Origin: a virus | Strand: one strand, 5' to 3' | Virus record (IMG/VR): IMGVR_UViG_3300001528_000059 | Location: 1 to 40,335 of that record | Length of the DNA: 40,335 bases | Part shown: in pieces, positions 35,013 through 40,335 of the stretch | Layout: every line of letters begins with the position of its first letter | Position numbering within the stretch: the first letter of the stretch is position 1 | Translations under genes and position numbers: made by a program | The notes under the pieces: generated by a model | Seen by the model: only the letters and a program-made list of their open reading frames with translations | Told to the model about the DNA's origin: nothing | The model's database searches: none

Positions 35013-35802
35013 CGGCATTTTCAAAGGTCGTTCTGAAGTCCGTTATAATTACGGACGCTATGGCAAGGTTCGTGGCCTTGGCACGGTTTGGCACTATGGT
35101 CTTGACATCATCGGTCTGGATGATGATGTCATCTATATGCCCGGTTACAACGGCAAGTCCATCATGGGCAAAGTCACACGCGCCCGCCGCGTAACCAACA
35201 AGAGTGATAAAACATGGGAATGGGGTTGGTACGTCTGTGTTCAGCTTCTGTCCAATCAGACCCCTGACAGCATCAACTTCCTGTACTTCTGCCATTGCAA
35301 GTCCCTGTTGGTGAAGGTTGGTCAGGTCGTGAAGACAGGTGACGCGCTGGCCGTGATGGGCAACACCGGCAACGCTGCACTGAATGACCCGCCTTATTGC
35401 CATTGCCATTTTGAGGTACGCGCCACGGCAACCGGCAAGGGTCAAGACCCCACGGCCTATGCCGGTATTCCGAACCGCATTGGTATTTATGGTGAAAAGC
35501 CTTCCAGCACGACACAGACCCCTACCAACGCGCCCACAGCGTCAACAGACGATAATTGGACAACTGCCAAGTCCAAGGATGATTCTGCCAAGTATGGTGT
35601 GCGGTACAGGGTCTATCCCTATGCGCTGCATCTGCGCAAGGGTGCTGGTACAGACCAAGCCATTGTGAAGACCCTAAAGGCAGGAACCACGCTGGCCTAC
35701 TATGGCCTGTACACTATGCGTGATGGTGTGAAGTGGCTGTATGTAATGTTGTCTGATAAGACAACAGGTTTCGTGTCTTCAGAGTACGTTAAAAAGGCCT
35801 GA
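34996..35802 (+). CDS. Endolysin: M23 peptidase plus C-terminal SH3b domain
   Basis: WHYGLDI (HxxxD) and HCHFEV (HxH). Thr/Pro linker. C-terminal YRVYPYALHLRKGAGTDQAIVKTLKAGT...KWLYV is SH3b-like. Confidence 0.8.
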   Translation: MAAVTNGIFKGRSEVRYNYGRYGKVRGLGTVWHYGLDIIGLDDDVIYMPGYNGKSIMGKVTRARRVTNKSDKTWEWGWYVCVQLLSNQTPDSINFLYFCHCKSLLVKVGQVVKTGDALAVMGNTGNAALNDPPYCHCHFEVRATATGKGQDPTAYAGIPNRIGIYGEKPSSTTQTPTNAPTASTDDNWTTAKSKDDSAKYGVRYRVYPYALHLRKGAGTDQAIVKTLKAGTTLAYYGLYTMRDGVKWLYVMLSDKTTGFVSSEYVKKA

Positions 35803-35823
35803 TGTGTTACTAATTTGTTACTA
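35803..35823 (+). repeat. 21-bp direct repeat, copy 1 (TGTGTTACTAATTTGTTACTA)
   Basis: 20/21 identical to 35965..35985. Each copy contains two GTTA(C/T)TA units 11 bp apart. Confidence 0.8.
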
Positions 35824-35927
35824 ACCGTGTGAGTTCAGAAACGCTTTTACACGCCGTAAATTTTGAACTATCGTGAAAACAGCGTAGTGACAACGGGCAG
35901 AAATTATGCTATAATAAACGCGAAACA

Positions 35928-35966
35928 GGCGGGAAATGTCGTTGATACGATGTTTCCCGCCTTTTG
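35928..35966 (+). terminator. Strong intrinsic terminator ending the late operon (possibly bidirectional, also serving int)
   Basis: 14-bp stem GGCGGGAAATGTCG / CGATGTTTCCCGCC (2 G:U pairs), 6-nt loop, TTTT. Confidence 0.75.
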
Positions 35967-35985
35967 TGTTACTAATTTGTTATTA
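35965..35985 (+). repeat. 21-bp direct repeat, copy 2 (TGTGTTACTAATTTGTTATTA)
   Basis: Overlaps the last codons and the stop of the integrase gene. Confidence 0.8.
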
Positions 35986-36988
35986 GTTCAATATTTTCCT
36001 TCAGTTCTTTTATTGTTTTGTGCGTGTACACACGTTCGCCCACTTCTTTGGACTTATGACCCATCATCAAATCAATACAGACCTTGTTTGCATTGGCAGA
36101 ATCCAGCCTTGAACGGAAGGTATGACGGCATTCATGGGGCGTGTGGGTCATGCCCAACTGCTGCATCAGGCTTCCCCAAATATCCCGATATGTTGAATCG
36201 CAAAGGTGCTTCCCATCATTAGTGAACAGGTATTTGTTGCCTTCCGCATAGTGCTTTTGAACAATCGGCATTATCTTTGAATGGATGGGAACAATGCGAT
36301 TCTTACCGGCAGCGGTCTTCACACCGGCCTTGATGGTTCCTTCCTGAAGGTCAACATTGGCCGTTTCAATATTGATGAATTCACTGATTCTGAAACCACT
36401 ATACAGCAGGAACAGAACAGTATCTATCCAAGGTTCATTCTGATGATTCCACACACGTTGAACTTCTTCATCCGTGAAAGGAACTTTTGAAGTATCAGGC
36501 ACAGGGTCAGATGTCAACAGGTCTGAATTGGCCTTAACAATGATGTCCAGTTCCAAAGCAAATCTGTCAAGATGCCCCCAAAGATTCTTGATAATGGCCT
36601 GTGTGGAATAACCTTTTCCACAGGTATCAATGATGTCTTGCATCTGAAAAGACTTGATTTGGTTGTATGGCATATCGGCCAAAGGCTTCAGGTAATTCCA
36701 CCCGGTCTTCATGCTGGCCGCATTGGATTTGCCCAATTTGGGAAGACGCTTTTCAACCCACAAGTTGTGAAGTTCATCCAGCGTGATTTTGTTCGTTTCA
36801 ATATCCCACGGATTTTTATTGAACTGTGCCAATAGAATCAGAGCTTCTTCCCGTGTCTTGGCGTATCCAATATTGATGTATACTGGATAACCTTTTTCAT
36901 TGAACCCCTTTGTTTTTCGTGCTGCATACGGATTGCGGCGGTTGCCCGATAATTTAACAACTGTTCCATAGCCATTAGGATTTTTCAT
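35972..36988 (-). CDS. int: Tyrosine recombinase (phage integrase)
   Basis: The C-terminal HECRHTFRSRL ... LMMGHKSKEVGERVYTH gives the R..HxxR..H..Y catalytic pattern. AAAAGGTGA RBS. Confidence 0.9.
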   Translation of the reverse strand: MKNPNGYGTVVKLSGNRRNPYAARKTKGFNEKGYPVYINIGYAKTREEALILLAQFNKNPWDIETNKITLDELHNLWVEKRLPKLGKSNAASMKTGWNYLKPLADMPYNQIKSFQMQDIIDTCGKGYSTQAIIKNLWGHLDRFALELDIIVKANSDLLTSDPVPDTSKVPFTDEEVQRVWNHQNEPWIDTVLFLLYSGFRISEFINIETANVDLQEGTIKAGVKTAAGKNRIVPIHSKIMPIVQKHYAEGNKYLFTNDGKHLCDSTYRDIWGSLMQQLGMTHTPHECRHTFRSRLDSANANKVCIDLMMGHKSKEVGERVYTHKTIKELKENIELITN

Positions 36989-37084
36989 AGCATTTCACCT
37001 TTTATGCTTGTAAATCCATCGGCAAAATGGTACACTGAATATAGCATTCCATTTCACCTGATGGATTGCTTGTTACCTTTCTTA

Positions 37085-37124
37085 CCCCTTGGCCTGTTGC
37101 AGAGGTCAAGGGGCTTTTTCTTTT
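37085..37124 (+). terminator. Orphan + strand intrinsic terminator upstream of int
   Basis: CCCCTTGGCC-9 nt loop-GGTCAAGGGG followed by CTTTTTCTTTT. No + strand gene upstream. Confidence 0.6.
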
Positions 37125-37135
37125 GCTGTGTCTTA

Positions 37136-37242
37136 TGTGACGTGTGACGTATATCTTCTATTACTATATATTTTTATATTTTCATTGTAATTTGATGATA
37201 ATTTTAGATAAAAATATAAGAACATTGAAGTTTTGCGTCACA
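37136..37242 (-). repeat. Inverted-repeat cassette, copy B (partner 12347..12452)
   Basis: The reverse complement aligns to copy A (26/26, about 17/32, 29/30, 14/14 blocks). Confidence 0.85.
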
Positions 37243-37315
37243 AGCGTCATTCTGCCGATATATCGTTGAAACTTGCGTCACAGTATGCGTCACACATAAG
37301 ACACAGAAGCGTCAC
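37136..37315. promoter_or_regulatory. Iteron array B: 7 copies of GTGACG / (T)GCGTCAC
   Basis: Copies at 37137, 37144, 37234, 37244 (variant GCGTCAT), 37274, 37286 and 37308. Lies between int and the DUF4236 gene. Confidence 0.75.
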
Positions 37316-37743
37316 AGTGGTTCATTGGATTGATTTTCTTTAGCCTTAGATAGCTTATTCCACAAGCTAAATAGATAAAAACAGAACGCGGCAAACAGGA
37401 TGAAGACAATGCCGATGGGTGGCAGTGCAAACACCATCATCAAGCCCATCAATCCTGTCAGGATGCCAAGAATCAGTATGATAATTGAACAGACTTTATA
37501 GGTCATCTTGGAAGGGGTCTTCTTCTGAACCGTCACCGGTTTGGAAGAAGGCTTCTTTTTGGTTTCCGTGGCCACATAGGAAAGCCCTGTTCCCGGTATG
37601 CCCACACTGGCCGTCTTCCTGCCGGTGCTGCTGACCGTGTACCTTGCACCCTTGCCACCAAAACTGACGCTGGTACTTTTCTTGCCAATGTTCACCCTGA
37701 CACCCGGCGCAATCTTGATGCTTTTCCTAAATCTGAATCCCAT
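37312..37743 (-). CDS. DUF4236-like protein with a C-terminal double TM anchor
   Basis: MGFRFRKSIKIAPGVRVNIGKKSTSVSFGGKGARYTV is the DUF4236 N-terminus. Hydrophobic VCSIIILILGILTGLMGLMMVF and IGIVFILFAAFCFYLF. The second ATG is preferred on RBS spacing. Confidence 0.7.
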   Translation of the reverse strand: MGFRFRKSIKIAPGVRVNIGKKSTSVSFGGKGARYTVSSTGRKTASVGIPGTGLSYVATETKKKPSSKPVTVQKKTPSKMTYKVCSIIILILGILTGLMGLMMVFALPPIGIVFILFAAFCFYLFSLWNKLSKAKENQSNEPL

Positions 37744-37773
37744 GTCAATCATCCTTTCTGAAGTTTATGTAAA

Positions 37774-38196
37774 TCAATTTGCCTGAAGGGCGAGTTCTTT
37801 TTGATACTTACTATCTTCAAGCATGGTCTGTATACGTTCCATTATTCTTGCTTTGTCCACATCATCCAGTTGATTCAACAAGAATAGGAAATTCCGCGTA
37901 GATTCTCCAAAGGTATCAGCAACATCATCCATGACCTGAAGTTCTTTGGACAGTTTACCATTGGCGTTATATTGTTCATCAAAGTCATCATCTTCAAAGC
38001 CCATAAGCCAAGTAGGGGTTACTTTGAAGAATTTTGATAAAGCGGCAATCTTATTTCTTTTCATGTTTGTAGTTTGGCCGGATTCATATTTTTGAATAGC
38101 TGCTTTATTAACGCCAATAACCTTGCCAAGTTCTTCTTGTGTCATGTGAGCCTGAAGACGCAGTTGCTTGATTCTTTCACCCATCGTGTTTTCCAT
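37774..38196 (-). CDS. XRE-family HTH repressor (CI-like)
   Basis: MGERIKQLRLQAHMTQEELGKVIGVNKAAIQKYESGQ. AAAGGAG RBS 8 nt before ATG 38196. The longer track ORF would overlap its own predicted promoter. Confidence 0.8.
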   Translation of the reverse strand: MENTMGERIKQLRLQAHMTQEELGKVIGVNKAAIQKYESGQTTNMKRNKIAALSKFFKVTPTWLMGFEDDDFDEQYNANGKLSKELQVMDDVADTFGESTRNFLFLLNQLDDVDKARIMERIQTMLEDSKYQKELALQAN

Positions 38197-38227
38197 TTTG
38201 AACGCTCCTTTGTCTTTTGGTATCCTA

Positions 38228-38256
38228 ATAGTAGCATATTTTTTGCTGTTCATCAA
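38228..38256 (-). promoter_or_regulatory. Putative repressor promoter
   Basis: On the minus strand: TTGATG-17 nt (with TGC extended -10)-TACTAT. Confidence 0.4.
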
Positions 38257-38295
38257 GTTTATTTCAAAAAGTATCTAAAATTTTTATTTTTTCTA

Positions 38296-38323
38296 TTGAC
38301 AAAGGCGCAGGAATCGCTATAAT
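38296..38323 (+). promoter_or_regulatory. Early rightward promoter (consensus sigma-70/sigma-A type)
   Basis: TTGACA-16 nt-TATAAT. Confidence 0.7.
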
Positions 38324-38324
38324 G

Positions 38325-38347
38325 GAAGTATCGAATTTCGATACTTC
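38325..38347. promoter_or_regulatory. Operator O1: perfect 23-bp palindrome GAAGTATCGAA-T-TTCGATACTTC
   Basis: Starts 2 nt after the -10 box. A related site lies at 39464-39484 and a half-site AAGTATC at 38269-38275. Confidence 0.7.
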
Positions 38348-38396
38348 AAACAAAGGCGGCTGCAACCCGCCAATCAGGTGAAAGAAGGAATATACA

Positions 38397-38684
38397 ATGA
38401 CGATTGAAGCATTGCTTTACAAGCTGGCGGAAGATTACAACCGCCGTTCTGAACTGGTGGCCTTGAACAAAGAACAGGTCAAGGAAGGGAAGTGTGATGA
38501 TGGAACACTTCAGTGGAACCGCGGTTTATTGAGCGGTACTGAAGAATATTTGGAACTACTGGCCGAGGAAGAAAATGCCAAGCTGACATTTGATTGCCGG
38601 GAACATGACTTTGGCTTTGACGATTGGAAACGCAAGCTGACTTATAATACGGTTTATCTTGATTTCAGCACTCGTAATCACTGA
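38397..38684 (+). CDS. Hypothetical early protein
   Basis: GAAAGAAGGA RBS. 95 aa. Confidence 0.6.
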   Translation: MTIEALLYKLAEDYNRRSELVALNKEQVKEGKCDDGTLQWNRGLLSGTEEYLELLAEEENAKLTFDCREHDFGFDDWKRKLTYNTVYLDFSTRNH

Positions 38685-38755
38685 CACCCTGAAAGGCCGC
38701 ACAGTTCAAAGCGGCCTTATCCCATCTAAGTTATTGAAAAGAGAGGTAGTAAACC

Positions 38756-39019
38756 ATGAAACAAACATTTGAGAACTTCAACCTTCTGAAAAGTGAAATC
38801 AAGAAACTTGAGAAGACAGGCAAGCACCGTACCGGCAAGGATTGCTTCCTTGCTGCCATGTCCTTCACGGTTGACCCCAAAACCCCTGATTGGGTAGATG
38901 CAACTTGTGAGATGGATACGCTGGAAGATGGTTCTTTTTGCTGTGATGTTGCCATTTCCTGCTATATGAAAGATAGACGGCGCTCGTTCATCGTCAAAAC
39001 TGATGCTGAACTCTACTAA
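38756..39019 (+). CDS. Hypothetical early protein
   Basis: AGAGAGG RBS. 87 aa. Confidence 0.6.
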   Translation: MKQTFENFNLLKSEIKKLEKTGKHRTGKDCFLAAMSFTVDPKTPDWVDATCEMDTLEDGSFCCDVAISCYMKDRRRSFIVKTDAELY

Positions 39020-39101
39020 GCCGAAACACCCCTTGCAGGGTGTCCACCGGGAACAGCCGCCCGGTGCTGATGATGGCAGGCTATGGAAGGAGACAGGATA
39101 G

Positions 39102-39263
39102 TTGATTAGGTTCGTGGTGGACGCTCATCCAAATTCCTGTGATGAATGTCCGCTTGGGTATTTTGGTTGCCCTATTTCATACAGGTGGACAAGGGCGGAA
39201 GACTGCTGTCTTTTTGTGACCCCTGAAGAACTTGCTGAAGAAAGGAAGTGTGAGGATGAATAA
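39102..39263 (+). CDS. 53-aa Cys-rich small ORF (below track cutoff)
   Basis: TTG start 9 nt after GGAAGGAG. (M)IRFVVDAHPNSCDECPLGYFGCPISYRWTRAEDCCLFVTPEELAEERKCEDE. Its stop overlaps the next ATG (ATGAATAA). Confidence 0.4.
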   Translation: MIRFVVDAHPNSCDECPLGYFGCPISYRWTRAEDCCLFVTPEELAEERKCEDE

Positions 39264-39465
39264 AAACTTGTTCAGAAGTAAAATGGTGCTGTTCGGTGAC
39301 ACCAATGAAACTTTGGCCGCTGCTTTGGGCATTAGTTCGCAGCGCTTGTCTGCCAAAATTAACAGCACGAATGGTGCAGAATTCACGCAGGGTGAAATCT
39401 GCACCATCAAGAACCTGTACCATTTGACCCTTCAGGAACTGAACGACATTTTTTTTGCCGATTAA
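39256..39465 (+). CDS. Small Cro-like HTH protein
   Basis: TNETLAAALGISSQRLSAKINSTNGAEFTQGEI. 69 aa. AAAGGAAG RBS. Confidence 0.55.
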   Translation: MNKNLFRSKMVLFGDTNETLAAALGISSQRLSAKINSTNGAEFTQGEICTIKNLYHLTLQELNDIFFAD

Positions 39466-39484
39466 GTATCGAATTTAGATACTT
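39464..39484. promoter_or_regulatory. Operator O2: AAGTATCGAATTTAGATACTT
   Basis: 20/21 identical to the core of O1. Lies just upstream of the 39513 HTH gene. Confidence 0.6.
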
Positions 39485-39512
39485 TTGGTAAGGTAAGAAA
39501 GGTAATCATATC

Positions 39513-39899
39513 ATGTTCAACGCTTTATTGAAACAGGCCATGTCCGATGCGGACATGAACCTGACCGCCCTTTCCGCTGCAACGGGAATCGGCAAGTCCT
39601 CTATTAGTCAGTATCTATCCGGGAAGAACGAACCCACGGATAAACGCAAGGTCATCATTGCACAGGCTTTAGGCCTTGCCCCTGACTTCTTCAAGACTTC
39701 TGAAGTTCGCATGGACTTCAGACCCGGCAGATTCACCCCTGAACAGGCCGCAAAGCTGATGGGTAAAGGTAAAGAGTTTGTCAGACAGGGCTTGCGTGAC
39801 GGGGTTTTCCCTTGGGGATACGCTGTCAAGATGGGGTCACGGTGGTCTTACTACATCAGCCCCATGAAGTTCACTGAATATACCGGCATTGCCGTTTAA
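39513..39899 (+). CDS. XRE-type HTH regulator with a second C-terminal DNA-binding-like domain
   Basis: LTALSAATGIGKSSISQYLSGKNEP at the N-terminus. FTPEQAAKLMGKGKEFVRQGLRDGVFPWGY at the C-terminus is excisionase/MerR-like. Confidence 0.6.
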   Translation: MFNALLKQAMSDADMNLTALSAATGIGKSSISQYLSGKNEPTDKRKVIIAQALGLAPDFFKTSEVRMDFRPGRFTPEQAAKLMGKGKEFVRQGLRDGVFPWGYAVKMGSRWSYYISPMKFTEYTGIAV

Positions 39900-39914
39900 G
39901 AAAGGAAGGTAACA

Positions 39915-40335
39915 ATGGAATATCCAACTATTCCCATGAAGGGCTTCAAGGTCTTCAACCCCGATTGGACTTGCCGCGATAAGCAGTACACTTGCCCCGG
40001 CGAGTTCAAAGAAGATGTCAAACCGATGATTTGTGACAGGGGGATGCACTTTTGTCCTGACCTGAAGGATTGCTTTGAATACTATCAGAACAATCCGAAC
40101 AACCACTGCGCCGAGGTCATCGCCCTTGATGAAGTTGTACAGGATGGCAACAAATGTGCAACCAATCACCTTCAGATTGTTCGTGAAATCCCTTGGGATG
40201 AAGTTCTGAAGCGTGTCAATCAGGGAAAGGGTTGTACAGGTGTCTGCAACACCGGCAACCGGAACACCGGCAACCGGAACACCGGCGACTGGAACACCGG
40301 CAACCGGAACACCGGCAACCGGAACACCGGCGACT
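39915..40335 (+). CDS. N-terminal part of the wrap-around pentapeptide-repeat protein (no stop before the window end)
   Basis: AAAGGAAGG RBS. KGFKVFNPDWTCRDKQY...CDRGMHFCPDLKDCFEYY N-domain, a pattern I recall being catalogued as DUF7666. It is followed by NTGNRNTGNRNTGDW repeats that run off the window. Confidence 0.8.
   Translation, partial: MEYPTIPMKGFKVFNPDWTCRDKQYTCPGEFKEDVKPMICDRGMHFCPDLKDCFEYYQNNPNNHCAEVIALDEVVQDGNKCATNHLQIVREIPWDEVLKRVNQGKGCTGVCNTGNRNTGNRNTGDWNTGNRNTGNRNTGD
40248..40335 (+). repeat. 15-bp tandem repeat AACACCGG C(A/G)AC(C/T)GG encoding NTG(N/D)(R/W) (also at 3..92)
   Basis: 5.9 units at the window end and 6 units at the window start. 45-bp super-period (NR-NR-DW). 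Confidence 0.9.

Noticed and set aside
35863-36222. 119-aa + strand ORF overlapping the int 3' region
   Set aside because: It is antisense to the well-supported integrase and crosses the strong terminator at 35928-35966. It has no RBS.
38693-38718. Hairpin AAGGCCGC-10 nt loop-GCGGCCTT after the 38397 gene as a terminator
   Set aside because: It is followed by ATCCCATC rather than a U-tract, so an intrinsic terminator is not supported. It may still be a processing or stability element.

Overview
The window is a complete, circularly closed genome (unit about 40.26 kb; nt 1-75 are identical to nt 40261-40335) of a temperate siphovirus-type tailed phage. Its AGGAGG-type ribosome-binding sites suggest a Gram-positive, probably Clostridia-like host; that host call is inference. 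Nearly all genes are on the + strand. Going round the circle: early and regulatory genes lie at 38.3-40.3 kb, and one of them wraps to nt 446. A replication and recombination module follows at 0.44-12.2 kb: SNF2 helicase, VRR-NUC nuclease, a Cas4-like nuclease fused to an AAA_24/Sak4-like ATPase, DUF669, family-B DNA polymerase, PrimPol plus D5-type helicase, HD hydrolase, DUF3310 and a ThyX-like protein. Next come a putative late regulator and a structural module at 12.5-30 kb: TerS, TerL, portal, MuF, scaffold, capsid, connectors, tail, tape measure, Dit and Tal. Two tRNA genes interrupt this module at 18.5-18.8 kb. A tail fibre diversified by a diversity-generating retroelement (VR, TR and RT) occupies 30.2-33.9 kb, followed by a holin and an M23/SH3b endolysin. 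A minus-strand lysogeny module at 35.97-38.2 kb carries a tyrosine integrase, a DUF4236 membrane protein and an XRE repressor. The clearest accessory system is the DGR: all 29 TR-to-VR mismatches fall on TR adenines, and no Avd gene is visible. The least explained signal is a ~107-bp cassette present twice in inverted orientation (12.35 kb and 37.2 kb). Each copy sits inside an array of GTGACGCA iterons, exactly at the two borders of the late/lysis/int arc. Other points worth a second look are a MuF head protein with a C-terminal HExxH domain, a wrap-around pentapeptide-repeat early protein, a repeated 21-23 bp operator palindrome, candidate attP repeats next to int, and several small ORFs below the track threshold. 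All family names rest on motifs I recognised by eye; no database search was run.
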